Source: Rhina ancylostomus (taxonomy: Eukaryota). Taken from it: a stretch of DNA of 64,000 bases. The position numbers and the translations under genes are program-made. The number at the start of each line of letters is the position of its first letter. The stretch's first letter is position 1. Where the stretch lies: contig JARFYF010000055.1 in assembly GCA_030265395.1 (NCBI GenBank), positions 20,338,896 to 20,402,895 on the forward strand, written 5' to 3'. The notes under the pieces are model-generated. The model did not search any database. It saw nothing but the letters and a program-made list of their open reading frames with translations, and had not been told where the DNA came from. Positions 14,062 to 28,170 of this stretch are shown piece after piece.

Positions 14062-14446
14062 TAGGTTGAAACTCTAGTCTGACATTCTTGGAACCTGACC
14101 AGTGCCGGACCACAAAAAATGCCAGCCCACAGAAAATGCCCCCAGATCATCTTCCTCCGAGGGGGAGAAATGTTCTTTTCAAGTACGGTGGGACAAATGT
14201 GGGAAATGGAAGCTGGAGGGCTCCGAGAACTGTCCGTAACTTAAGTTTCCATATGTTGGAGACACAGCTGGCTGAAATTGTAGAAGTTGCACTGGTCAGT
14301 TAATTAGCTACAGATTAGTACAGATCTTAGTTCATTTTATATCTTGGTTAGATCTTAGTTGGAATTAGTTAATTAGCATCGGTCCATACTACAGATCCAA
14401 AACATGCTGGACTACAGGTGCTGCTGGACCAGAAAGTTTCAACCTG
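14062..14446. mobile_element. TA-flanked MITE (Tc1/mariner-Tigger-like non-autonomous DNA transposon)
   Basis: Termini TA|taggttgaaactct ... aaagtttcaacctg|TA are inverted repeats (12 of 14 match) with a TA target duplication. Confidence 0.75.
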
Positions 14447-17149
14447 TACTCTGCAAAGAATTGTTTTTGCCAGTTTAATCTTTGATTTTTTTTTGACTCA
14501 TTGTTTGAACTAAGTCTTTTACATACACTTATATGAACAATTCTTGTGCTGCATCGTTGCAGCAATAGAGCAAGGTGAACAGGATCAGATTATTGCAGTA
14601 ATATCTAAACTAGGAGTGGTTTGTTGATTGGACATGCTAAAAGTGAATTGTTTTTATGCTGGAGATCGGTCTGCAGTTTTGTAAGCATAAAACTCATTTG
14701 AAAATGTTATGTTCTGTGGATATCACACATGACCAACCAACTGGACACTGCTGATGTACTTGAATCTTTTTTTTAAAAAACAGAAATCCATCAAACAGTA
14801 CAAAAGGATGAATACCTTTGCACTGAAATAGAACTGGATTTCAGGATGCCTGTCCTACCTCAATTCCCCTTTTTTTTGTTGGTTCCAGCTTACTTTACTG
14901 GAAGGTCTAAACACCTGTTTTCTGTTAAATAAAATTTATAAAAATGTTACTCTTTTTTTCTGTTCTGCCACGGGTTAAAACAGAAATATTCAGAATTCTT
15001 GTAAATAAAAGTTATTTTACTCATTTTTTGAATCATTATTTGTTATTGCAGAATTATTTTAATCAAAGTTGAGATTAATTTAAACCTATTAATTGCATCA
15101 GATCCATTGCTTACAATTGGTTTGAAGCTTAAAACAAATAGAAAGGCTGACCATCACAGGCAGATCTGAGTGAGTCTATGGTGTGTGATGTTGTCATTGA
15201 CTGACATAAGATGAACCACAGCTGCTGTATATTACCTATAAGTAAATCATCCCCCTGATGAGGGACTACAAAAGCTAATATATTGAATTTAATTTCTCTG
15301 TACTACTTGTCCCAACATTTTAATGTAAAGGCATTTGTAAAATGTAGAGTGCTGGAATTTTTCTAACATCTAAGAGGTGGTAGTTAAAAATAATAGTTTT
15401 GCTAAAGGTTAGAGGGACAGCTCTGCACTTCGAAGTGCTCTTTCTTATTGAAAGCAGAAGATTTTCCTGTAATTTCCATTTATCTACATGTGCCCTCTAG
15501 AATGCTGTGCATCTGAAGTTCAGTGGCCAGGCTGCAGCATTACTGAAGATTGTTCATTTATATTTTTGGATATTAAGGAATATGGGGTTAGTTAAGGAAA
15601 GTGGCCCTGGGGCAAAAGACCAGCCATGATTTATTCAATGGTGGAGCAGGTGCAAGGGGCCCAATGGCCTACTTCTGATTTCTATTTATGTCGTATCAGT
15701 GAATAAGATTGAACCATTTTGTTTTTTTTCTTGAACTGCACCAACAACAGTTTTTGGCTGTCTGTAGGGCACAGCAGTCAGGATTTTATTGTTGTTTTCT
15801 CTTGTGTATTAATACAACATTTTATCATTTATCAGTCAGCCATGTCCATTGCACCTATTGAGAGCAGTGAACATTGTAATAACCTATTACCAAGGATGCT
15901 TGATTTAGCAAGAACAGGTTTCATCAGGCTTTTCTAAACATCGGGGACAGAGTCACGTCAACCAGTTCGTCTATTGAAACTCCTGCATTTTTCTTTAAAT
16001 TGTTTTCAGCAGCCAGCTTTGTTGCATGATCCTGTGACTGAAGGAAAAGCCACTGCTCTAATGCGAATCTTGTATATCTAATTAATGCAGATGTGTGCAA
16101 AGTTTTTACTGATTTAGAAAATTGTGAAACCTAACCATGTATTTGCATAAAATATGTTTTAAAAGATTCAATAGAATGACTTACTAAAAATTCAGATGCT
16201 AAGAGATGTAGTACTTCTCTGGCTCTTCACCTGTCCCTTTTTTGTGTGTGCCTGTCTCAATGCAGTGATCTTTATTCAGTGGTGCTCATGTGCACAGAGG
16301 TGATTAATAGACATTTGATAATTATTGCTCCAAAATAAACTCATATTAATCAGTTTGAAAGTAACATATGTTTTGCCTGAGGCTGGAAACCCTCCGGCTT
16401 CCCCGCTGAGAGAGAGGCTGCAAGGCAGCAAGGGTATTGCTCCTCTCATCACAGGGACAGGACCAGCCAGCAGCTTTCATTGAGAATTTCATGGCATTCA
16501 GAATATGATGGGGATCACTTTTTTAAAATAAAATGAGATTATTATATAAAACCTCTTTGAAAATATGCAGCTGGAAGATGCTTAAAATATGGTGATTCAA
16601 TAGTGTAGATGAAGAATTAGTTCTTGTGGGTAATTCACCACAAAGGAGCATGATCTTAAAATTAGTTGGGCTATGTGGGGGTTAAATCTGGATGTCTCCC
16701 TCTCTTCAAACAAAGGGTTGTGGAAACCTAGAACTGTTGTCCAAAAGGCTGTGGGTCAACTGAATTTTCAAGGCCTAGGGTTAAATTTTTGTTAGATAAC
16801 AGTATCAAAGTGTATTAAAGCAGTTACATAGAGCTGAGGCATAGACCATTCATGATGTAATTAACTGTTAGAAATAAAGCAGCAAAGGTCTCACTGATTG
16901 GCTCTGTACTCAACACCTGTGTAGACCTCAAAGTCAAGCTTCAGAGTTTAGTATTGCTGCTATCCATAATCACTTAATTTGTTTTCTTTACAGCCAAAAT
17001 ATTTTGATCAGTTCTCAAAAATTAAATGCAAAATGTTAAAAATTGTAATTGAATATAGCTGAAAATGTTGGTGTTACTGGTTCAGTGGGAGAAATTGTAT
17101 TGAACTAATAACTAACTTGTAACAATCTTGCCACAATTGTTTACAAATT

Positions 17150-18350
17150 TTAAAATAAAATCAGAAAATGCTGGAAATATTCAGCAGGTAAGGCAGCATC
17201 TGTGAAGAGACTTAACATTTCAGCTCTATTACCCTTTATCAGAAGGTAAGAAAGGTGAGAATGTTCTAAGTTGCAGCTCTGGGAGAACAAAGGAATGTCT
17301 GTGGTGAGATGGAGAACAAGGTTGTGCAGATGACAATTGCTTTTGATGCTGTCTGAGGGGGAGCTGATCAGTTTGAAGTGCAAATTAAAACAGATGAATG
17401 ATGGAGGCAGAGAAAACAAAACAACATGCTTGTACTTAGAAGCAGAAGGCAGTAGTTGCTGGAAATCTGAAGTAAGAGTGCTGAAGTTGCTCAGCACATC
17501 AGGTTAGCATTTATGGAGAGAGAAAACTAAAACTCAATTATTATTACAATTGGGTGACTGCTTCAGAATAGGGCAGATCTGACACAAACAGGAAAGGGTA
17601 ATTACCTAAAATTTTGATTCCCTGAGGACTACGACATGGAAGTTGAGGTGCTGTTTCTTGAGTTTACATTAGGCTTTGTAAGAATGGGGTAGGAGGTCAA
17701 GGAGTACGCTGGAAAAGTAATGTGAAATAACTGGGTTCAGCCTTACAGACTGGAGATGTTCAATACAGCACAGTCACCCAGTCTGCATTTGGTTCCTCTG
17801 TGGAGGGGAACCATCTAATGAGTACAAGATTCAACATACTAAATTAGAAGTGAATAGCTGTTTCACCTGGAAGGACTCTTTAGGTCCCTGGATGGTGGGA
17901 AAGAGCAAATTAAATTGGTAATTGTTGCATTTCTTGTGATTGTAAGGGAAAGTGCTATGAGGAGGGGAGCAATTGGTGGAGACAGTGAAGCAGGGAGTGA
18001 CAGAGTGATCAGTCTCTTCAGGAAAGCTAGGAGGAGGAGACTGGCTGTGAAATCTTGTTGAAGGTGGTGGAAATTAGAGGTTGTTCCATTGGATGTGGAG
18101 ACAAATGGGGTGGAAGTTGAGGGCAAGGGGAACCCTGGCCTTGCTCTAGGTATGAGGATAGGGATGAAAGTAGGGCAGGAAAGAGCTGAAATATTGTTGA
18201 GGATGCTGTCAATTATGGTAGAGGGGTATTTGTGGATAAGGGGAAAAGAAAGTGACTCATTTACTGAGTCCATCAGAATGGGTAAGATGGAGAAACTGGG
18301 AAACTAGAATGGTCCTTACAGAAAGCAGGGTGAGAGGCGATGCAGTCAAG
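17150..18350 (-). mobile_element. Decayed Penelope-like retroelement (GIY-YIG remnant plus terminal repeat)
   Basis: Minus strand at about 17750-17870 reads like FQVKQ.FT..SNLVYC...GETK.RLGD...EHL.SV. Region 17155-17230 (aaaatgctggaaatattcagcagg...gcagcatctgtg) is the associated terminal-repeat motif, also seen at about 25860-25930, 31380-31480, 41190-41385 and 49445-49620. Confidence 0.65.
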
Positions 18351-21300
18351 ATAGTCTGTGGGCTCAAATCATTTACAAATCCACTAGGTCAATGTAATCC
18401 TGGTTCCAATACTATAATAAAGGATATGTTTCTGTACACCTGGTTTACTTTTTGGCTGCATGTAGACAATGTTACTATTAGAGTGAGAACCAAAACTCTT
18501 CTTTACCATATGTGGCCTTTGAGTATGTTGATTTTTTTGACATACAGGTCTAATGCTACTGGCTACAACTCAAAGGTAGGCATACCAGAGTCGCCTGCAT
18601 AAAGAATCCCACCCAGCTTATCAAACGTGATGGAATTTGATGTTGTGTTGTAATGTGCTGTACAAGTAGTGTAGTTGGAGTCTCGCAAGTAAAAATAAAA
18701 TGAAAAATGTGAATTGGAAGTGAAGGCTGGTGTTGCAGAGACTGGCTGTTACATGAGATGCACGTCCAAAATTTAGGATCTGACTTTTTGTTCTTGAGAT
18801 GAATGTTTGCTGGTCCATAGTGTGGAGGGAAAAAGATGAAGCAATATTTGTAAAGTCTAATGGACTGTGGGGGTACATAAACATTTTTTATGTTGATATA
18901 GAATTAAAACTCGTACACGTTAACTTCCTTGTTGGATAATGCATCACGCATCCTGAGCGGAAAAGGATTTGAACCTAACCCAGCTCCAGAATTATCCTGA
19001 CACTGGGTCGTGTGCACACAACCAGTACTCTCAATACAAAAACTGCAGTAATAATAGTAAGCTGATGCATAAGCCTTTTCCCATGAATGCCTCGACTCAA
19101 TCCCAATAGTCATGAATGGTTTTTAAATCATATCAGTATTTTAATACTATCTTCACGGTATTCTATGTACTAAACGTTGTTAATCTCCATTATATGCAAC
19201 GTACTCAGCAAAACTAGGATACTAAAGAGCGACCTTGCACACTTCTGCTAGTGTGCTTTTGTTAGCTCCAACCTGTTTATTACAATGTTATCCTGACTGG
19301 TCTTTCATCCTCCACGCCTACCTTGCATTATCCCTGACTTTCCTAAACTTTCTTTTAAACCTGGTTATCTATCATTCTCACCAGTCTCTATTTCTATAAC
19401 CACCTCAGTTCTTCAATCAGTCCTCCAAATGGTGGTAGTGATGGAAGTTGTAACTTCAGCCATCTCATTCTCATGCTTTAAAATTCACTCTTCAGCCTCT
19501 GAATGAACCCTAACCCTAAAACCACTTTACGATCAAGCTTTTGGCCAACCTATTTTTCCCTAGGTGGGAAGTGTGGGGGCTGTTGTGGTTGCTTCCTGAT
19601 TTTCTGATGATAGAACGTATTCATCTCTAATTTTGTCTTATGTGGATGTGCATAGTGAGACACAGAATCAATTTGAATTCATGTTGGGTATTGTAGAGCA
19701 TGATTGAGTACTGAAAACTAATACAAACATCTACTAGAATTCAAGTGAATAAATTGTCTGTCCACAGCCTTATCCATCAATCAATTTGCCTTATTATTGA
19801 TATTTTGATAACTTCATATTATTGCCATTTCACCATTTAGCTGTGCCACAGCATATTAAAATAAGATGCTTTTGTATAAAAATCAGCCTTAACATGTTCA
19901 ATTCTATTATAAGGAGAAAAGTTGCATTCACCGTCTCTCCCAAAGCACCTAGAAACAAGGACTTCGACTTCTTCTGAAGTAGTCACTTTTCTATTGACCA
20001 AGTCTTTAAGTTGCTAAAGCATTTAAAGTATTATTTTGGTGTTAATATGGACTAATTGTATAAGATATGTAATGTCACAAGGTACCCGTAAGAATTTGAG
20101 TTAGTGATTTATAATCAAAGTTGAGATCATTCTAATATATTTGATAAGCATATTATCATTAAAGGATTTTTTTACTGAATTCTTTAAAGATCCAAAAAGA
20201 TAAATGAACCTGAAAATTCATAGCCATTATCTCACTGAAATTTCACAACAGAAAATCTCATACACAGAATTTATGCTAACTTTGGTTGACATTAAATGAT
20301 AAAGTTGTAATTAAGTCAATTCCAGTGTACTCAAACCTTTTGTAACAGATTAAAATTCATGGTGATTTAAATTTAAAAAAAAACAGATGTACAATAGATC
20401 AATCAACAAATGACTGGTTAGTACTGAAAATGGAACCACATTTTAAAGTCAGTACTCAATCATGAAAATTGGTTTTTTTTTAAATATTAAAGTTATGGTT
20501 GATTTTTGCCTTCATGGCCCATGGGATGATCTGGCAGGGTGGAAAGAACATCCTTTAAAAGTATATGCAGTACATCCCACCACATTTTACTACCCAGACA
20601 AGCTTGACCTGTTTCAAGCAAATATATGATGACTTTAGCCAATGCTGCTACTATTACCAAAAAGAAACATTGTATTGCAATATATGTATTGATATTCCTG
20701 AAACCTACTAAGTTTTCTTTCTGTGAGGGGTGCAAAAGTGTTTGTTCATTAAAGAACTTAAACAATGTACCAAAGAAATAAATGAACGGCCAAAGCATTT
20801 AATATTGTGTCAAATAGGAGTCATAGTTTTCAGTTATTTTGTGATGGAAAAGAGAAATTTCAGAATGTTTGTTCCTTAAAGGGTTAACCTTTCAGGGGTA
20901 TTAGTAGCAATTGTGATCATTCTTTTGAAAAGCAATCACTGTTTTCCTTAGGTGTGTTGTATTTCCATACTTGAGCTTTCCTGATTATTCTCATTGCTAT
21001 TTGTTTAATTCAGTAAATTATTGCTACAATTTTTTTTATCAGCTATTTTGAATTAAAGCAGTGAAAACATGATGGTTAATTTTGCAATCTATTTGCATAA
21101 AGTTCGTGATAGTACCCATTAATTCATAAACATTTTCTTAGAATTTTCTGCCCATTTTAATCCCTCAAATGTGAATTTAACAGAATCTGACAAGATTTTA
21201 AACTCAGCAAATTCAATCATTTTATTGATTATTTGATAACCTGTGGACTTCAGGCTGGACTTATGCAGTAGCATTGCCAGTGGATAAGCATTTTCACACT

Positions 21301-22219
21301 AATTTTTTGCATGCTATTTCAACCAATGTTACTCTCGTTCTTTTATCTATCTTCCAATGTCTCCAGTATTACCATCTTTAATACTTAACAAATTTCATAT
21401 AAGTAAAATGTCCTCTATCACCATAATATCATTTGCTTATTTATAACTTTGTTAGGCTAAATGTGTGATTGACTTAAGAAAACTTGTTACAACACTGTCA
21501 TTAGTTGACTCAACTTTACCCCTCACGAGTTGTCATACTGACTACAGCTTCCTTTAAAATCATTGAAACTTATTCAAGCAAGATGATGAATGATGCAAAT
21601 AAAAGGGAGCTTTCAGTGCTGAAACAGAGTAACAGAGATTAGGATGATACTTGGTTTGGTTTCCAGTTGTGTTAAGTTAGTTAATCTAGGCTGACCATTG
21701 ACTTTAGTGTTAATGCTAGTTGGTGTGCCCATTCCCCATGCCACAGCTTCCATGCTCAGTCACATGAAAATAATGGCACCATTCTCCGCCATTAAAGAAT
21801 GCACATCTTTAGTTCTCCAAATGGGACTGTTTGGAAATGAAGGCATTGGAAGTGGAGGCATTCACGGAGTTAGTAAAAATGTATTTGTCAAAATGAATTT
21901 TTTAAAAAAACTACAGATAGCAAAGGTGGAAACATCAAACTATTTTAGACAAGTTCACTCAATTTAATTACCCTTTCTGAAGAATAAATATAATTTGTTC
22001 CTCCATGTATGTGAGCGGACATATGAACTTGCTTCCATCTCTTACTCCAAGTAGCCCACCTCGAGTCACCTTTTCAGCAGAATGCAGCTGCATTACCTGT
22101 TGTATTCTGGCATCCTTTCCCATTTAAAGATGTTATTTTTTTGCTGGGGTGCAGTTCTGCAGTGGTTGGCAGTCTCCCAGTCCCCCATTACCTCAATGAA
22201 GCTAGTTCTGTACAATTTA

Positions 22220-22565
22220 GTGTTGGTCTTATTGAAACATATAAGATACTAAGGGGAGCTCCACAAGGTTGACATTAAGATATTTGTACCAGTGAGAGAG
22301 TCTCAAATGAGGAGACATAGATACAAGATAAAGGAGTCGTCATTTAAAACCAAGGTGCATGCAGATTTCTTCTTGCAGAGGCTGGAGAGTGGTTCTTTGG
22401 AGGTAATTAAATGGGAGATAGATACATTTTTGAAAGATCGGAGAATGGAGGGCTATGTGGAACTGGCACAGAAGAGGTGGTGAGGCCTGGAGCAAAAGAG
22501 TCATTATTATATTGAATCGCAGGGCAGGCCTGAGGGGCCAGGTGGCCTTCCATTTTCTTCTGTTG
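22220..22565 (+). mobile_element. CR1 LINE 3' fragment
   Basis: ttattgaaacatataagatac...agacatagatacaagataaagg...gagatagatacatttttg...ggcctgaggggccaggtggcc, the typical CR1 ORF2 end and 3' UTR. Confidence 0.7.
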
Positions 22566-25084
22566 TATGTGGGAGTCCAGATATCACTACCATGCACTAT
22601 GTGAAGGGTGATACACATGAACTCAGCTGTGTCCTTGCTGGATTTCCACACAGATATCACCTGTGTGCAATTAAGAATAAGAGCACTGTGTAGTTTTATT
22701 CCCCTTCCTACTGAAGATAAGTTTAGAACCTAAATTAAACTCCTTTGATATAAGATGAGTAAATGTAGCATTTCAAAATTTAGCTATTCATTTGCTGCTA
22801 GTCATGGTTAATTCATAGCTGCCAAATTTCTCTTTATTCTCTATTACGTCCCTACTGACTAATGCATCAGAAGTTATGTAAACTAATTTTCAGCAAACTT
22901 TAATATGCTTACTCAGCTTTCAAATTGCTAACATCTCAGCTTCACTATTTGTAAAGACAGTAACAGTAATGCTTGGCCTTTGCTGCCTAGAATTTTCTTG
23001 CAAAAGGCGCCATATGTTTGATCCTCAATTGATGAGGAAATCCGAGGTCAGGTTATTGGAGAACATGACTTGGTTTAAGAGAGTGCCAGGCCAAATGATT
23101 CAATAGCCAAACTAAACGTTCGTGTGACTGTGTCTTCTAATTCTGTTATAGTCATGAAATTCATTGGAACTCAAAGCATTAACCTCTTTTTGCTAAACGC
23201 TGAAGTTTTCTCTTGGTTATATAGCATTGTTGATGACAGATTAGGACACGATAGAGTCTGTATCTGTATGTATGTCTGTATGTGTGTGTTTGGAAACAGC
23301 TGCAGCTATCAGCTGCCTGTCCCTATTGTTGGGGTCAGAGGTACTCGGTCATTGACAATACATCTATTATTACCAATTTAATGAAGCACAGAGTGACAGG
23401 GTAATCCTGTCCTGTCACAGTTCACTATTCACTGCACACTCTGGGCGACCCTCTCACATGCCCCTCCACCCACTCCCCCGCCCCCCCCAACACATACGCA
23501 GATATTTATTTCTAAATGAAGTCTCCAAGTGAGCATCAGCCTTCAGAGAGATTATTTGCTAATAATCCCATATAAATGAAATAGGAACTAAGTGATCCCT
23601 GCATTTTATCAGCAATTTTATCTATGTAATGTGTAATAGTAGTCAAACAAAACCACAGTTCAATAGTTTTAAGATGTGGGAATATTTAAGTCCTAGATAT
23701 GTGAATTTCTCTCATTCTGCTTAGTAACTGATAGTTTAAGATTTATTGGGAATTTACTGGAGATGGGAAATGGCATCAATCTTGGGTGCAGCCAAATGTT
23801 TCTAATTTTCCTAACATTGACTACTAGGAAACTTAGCCATTAAATAATGGAACTTCTCAATTCATTAGTGACTTTGATACATAAGTATATTTGTTCCATT
23901 TGTCTCTTGTTGGGTACTGTCTTCTGAGTACATCTCATGCTGATAGGGGAGTTCAAGTCTGATTCTTATCCTTGCATGATGTTTTTATATATTTTCATTA
24001 TATTAAGTGGCCTTAAGAAACATTTGCAACAGCCACTCTCCTTTTTCTCAGTCAGCTCCATATACTTCTAATTTGTCATGTGGGAGAGCATCCAGCTTCA
24101 CGCTTTAAACTTAAGAGAAGTTAACAATTCCCTTTAAAGCGTGAGTTTCAAAATCCATCAGCTCTGCAAAGCTTGGATCTTTAGTGCTATGAATTCTGTG
24201 CATCTACAGAAAGAGCATTCCATCAATAAAGCCACCAGTATACTGGTGCTTCAGGACACTAAAACTCAAGATGAAACCCGCAATTGTCACTGTCCTTGAC
24301 AAAATCACCTCTACAAGGATAAGTAGTAAATGTTCTCCTAACATTTGCCTCCAGATTCATAAAGTGATTAGTTGCAGCTAACATAACAAGATGTAAGTCC
24401 ATTGTCAGTTTTGCAACATAGTTGTTCCTTTTCCTTTTAGGCACTGAAGTTTATCATCTTATTGAAGACCAACATAGAAACTGCCAAAAATCCACAAGTG
24501 AAGTTTCTGTTGAACTGATACAGAAAGCATTCTCCACACAGATTTTCCCATTTTAACTTCTTATTTTGTTATTTCTAGTTAGAAAACCTTGGATCCTCAA
24601 GTATACACAGGGATCGTGTTGAAAATGTAGTGGACTAAATCCATCTATCTTACTAATAAGTACTTTCATGGATCTTCATTTAGGAGCTCTTCCACATGCT
24701 GCTCTTTCTCTTTTAAAAAAAACAAAAAATAACATTATGTTTCATCTAGACATGAAAAATATGTAATAATCTGCACCCCAGGATATTGTTTATAGGAGCT
24801 TTGTATGTTGTGGGATTTGACAATAGGTGCATACACATTAAAGACTAATATCCCCCTTATTTCTCTGAAATTATGTATCATTCTTTGTGCAATTAAAATG
24901 GTAATTATTATTTAAGTATATCTTGTATACGAGCAAAATGTAGATTTCATCATATAACGGAGCAGTTTCACTTGTTCTTAACAAGATCTCACTTTCTTAA
25001 TGTCAATATTACTCAAACATTGGACTTAGCTGTGGAAAAAAATCCCATTAAAGTAATTACAATTGTGAACCAGAATCATTGGTA

Positions 25085-25410
25085 CAGGCAACCCTGGAAT
25101 ACGTAAGGTTTCCATTCCTGAGAACTGTCAGTGAGCCAATTTCTCCATAAGTTAGAAACGTCTGTTTTCGCTATCAGCTATCCATATCATACCACTCTAC
25201 ATGCACTTGCCATAATTCATTCACTTCATCAAAAAATCACCTATAGTTAAACTAATGGATTATACACTGTATATGGTCATTAATGAATACAATGCAACAT
25301 TATTATTATTATTATTACTAGCCTAAAAAGTGCTTTAAAAATTTTTGGGAGAATTTGCATATAGTTGGATTTTCATAACTTAAGTCATTTCATAAGCAAG
25401 GGAGCCCCTG
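25085..25410. mobile_element. Tigger/pogo-like MITE
   Basis: TA|caggcaaccct...tacg at left and cataagcaagggagcccctg at right form degenerate CAGG-type TIRs around an AT-rich interior. Confidence 0.5.
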
Positions 25411-27899
25411 TGCCAGATCACTAACATGGAAGTCTCAAACCAACAATTTAGGAAAAATTAATTTTAAAAATAACAGTTAATATAAGAAGTATAATCAGAG
25501 TAATGATTCTGCAATACAACCAAAACACAGTTATGAATTTGGTTTGACTGAGAAGATTAATGATTTGAGTTCTCACCCATTTCACTGTTGAAATGTGTGA
25601 TTATCCACGTACAATGCACTCGATTTTCCTCACTCCATAGACGCTGCCTTGTCTGCTTGGTAGTTCCAACACCTGCTGAATTCTGCATCTCATGGTTCCA
25701 GCAAGGCACTTAGTTTGCATTCTTTCCCTCTAACTGCCTTTGTTAACTAGATGGCATTATGTCTCCTAGACAACCTTGGGTGCCCATCCTATTATAGACA
25801 TTCCTTTTGTTTTTACAGACCCTCCTCCCTTGAAACACTTCTGTGTTCTCACTTTTGCAGTTCTGATGAAGGATCATTGTCCCTCAACAGCTGCTGCCTG
25901 ATCCACTGAGTATTTCCAGCATTTTCTTTTGTCAGTAATAAATATTGTTTGATTGCAAGGAAGTAAACATTATATGTTGAGGCAAAGTGTAACTGACAGG
26001 TTCATTGTTGTCACATGGCTTTGTGATCACCATGTTCATCTGGATGAAGTTTTCTTAGGCCATTGGCACAAGAAAATTTCATCCACACACCCGTCTCTGT
26101 CCCCCCATAATTCCTTCCATCCACATGAAACCACCATGGCCCATTTAAACAAACACATAGGCAAAATATATAATGATATAATGCTGTGAAACATTTGCAT
26201 ATGACATTAGTAATAAGACAAATCATAATGCAGTGTGCTACATTTCAATGAAACAGATCTCTTAGGAGTTATGTAGAGCTTTATTTATGTTATGAAAAGT
26301 TTTATCAGAGGCTCCATATTTGGGTGAGGTCCCAGCCACTGGCCAGGAAATCCAGGGGATAACCCACTTCATGGTGCATCACATTCAAATAAAACAACAG
26401 TTTCAAATAGGAGCTGGAGACTTGAGATAACAATTGTTGAAAAAGCCAAGACTGGATTATATTGTAAAATGAACATCAGAGTTGCCACAGTTGACTCTGG
26501 AGTGGTCCTCCATAGAGGGTATTGCATTTTGTAATTCACTTTTGTTTGAATCCTTGAAATATTTAATGTAAGAAATGACTGGTAGAGTGATATCACCATT
26601 TTCCCAATTGCATGCACCCTCAAACACTTTTAAATGGTATTCTTAGTAGAGACAAAATGAAACAGTATGACATGTAGCTCCTTTATATGAAATGCTCAGA
26701 TACATTGACCATGACGGCACAAAGAGAAAATGTGTTTAGCGTTAGTCTTTTTTCTTCCTGAATTGCAAAAAGGTCATAATAACGAGAAGCATTGTCCATT
26801 TCTCTGTCATCTCTTTGTTCCAGGCCATACCTCAGATATTCCACATAACATGAAGTTCAGAGTTTGTTACTGGGGCACATATGGTGGAAAGCAGGTCAGT
26901 TCACCCCCAGGACTGGTAGGAAATGATTAACAGCTGTTTGCTAAGTCGATTTTGGATAATGTATTCTACTGCCACTATAACAATAAATTAAAACTTACCA
27001 GGGCAACATGTGGAAAGGATNNNNNNNNNNNNNNNNNNNNNAATTGTTCCAGCTAAGCTAAAACATCTGGGTCCTAGTGCCCACCAGATATTGAGATTAA
27101 TGATCTTGGTGCATAAAAGCAACTGTGTCAGTAATGAAGTAAATTGTGAAGACATCACTTGAGATGCAACTTGTTGGATGATTCTAGTTTTCATTAATCT
27201 TTGCTCTTTATCCTCAGAACAATTAGGTGCCTCTTTCGTCTGTGATCTACCACTTCCAAGTCCCCACCACTTAATATTTTAGGAGTCATGTTATGTTATT
27301 GTTGTGTTCTCATATCTACTCTAATTCAATGAAAATATCCCTTTTAAAAAAAACAGTGCTTAGGTTGTAAGCAGAAGTAATAGATTGCAAGGCAATAAAG
27401 AAGGAGGATTTTACCAAGTAATAAATTGTGCATTTAATTATTAATATGGGAACTAAATTGTCAGAGTTTACAATTTCCATAATCAGACGTTTAGTTTACC
27501 TGGGACAACAATACCAACAAAATGATTACAAGAGTAGGTTACAGTGTGATCTGCTGTCTCCTTCAGCCCCTATTCATCCACAAGATTCAAGGGGTGTAAT
27601 AACATACTCAATACTCAGCTGGATGAATGCAACTGCAGCATCTTGCATCGGGCAGGATAGAACAGTTTTCTGAACTGGAACCTGGCCACTGGTTTACTAA
27701 CCAACCCTTCTTACACCAGCACAATGTACCTACAGTATTTCTAATCTGCCAGATGCCTATCAGCAAGTTACTAAGGATTTCTTGATAGCATCATTTTCCC
27801 CTGGGAACCCCACCAATAAGACAGACAAGAGCAGTTAAGTTCATTTTCAACTCACACATTATCCTGACAGACTGTTCCTTCGCCATCTTGGAGGTAATA

Positions 27900-28170
27900 A
27901 GAACATAAGAAAATAGGAGTTGGAATAAACCGCTTGGCCCCTCAGGCCACAACTCAATATGATCAAGTCTGATCTGCCCCAGGCCTCATTGTCTCTTTTA
28001 TGCCAGTTCCTCATAGTCCTCAGTTCCCTAATTTTCTAAAAATGTATCCTACTTCTTTAAATATCCCATTGATTTAGCCACCACAACTTTCAGGGGTAGA
28101 GAATTCCAGAGATTCACCACCCTCTGCATTTTCTTTGTATCTCAGCCATTAATGAATGCCTCCTAATCTT
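27900..28170 (-). mobile_element. CR1 LINE 3' end
   Basis: taagaacataagaaaataggag...ggtagagaattccagagattcaccaccctctg, a reverse CR1 tail. A similar copy lies at about 33760-34130. Confidence 0.7.

Noticed and set aside
24233-24248. 16-bp perfect palindrome caccagtatactggtg
   Set aside because: About one such palindrome is expected by chance in 64 kb.
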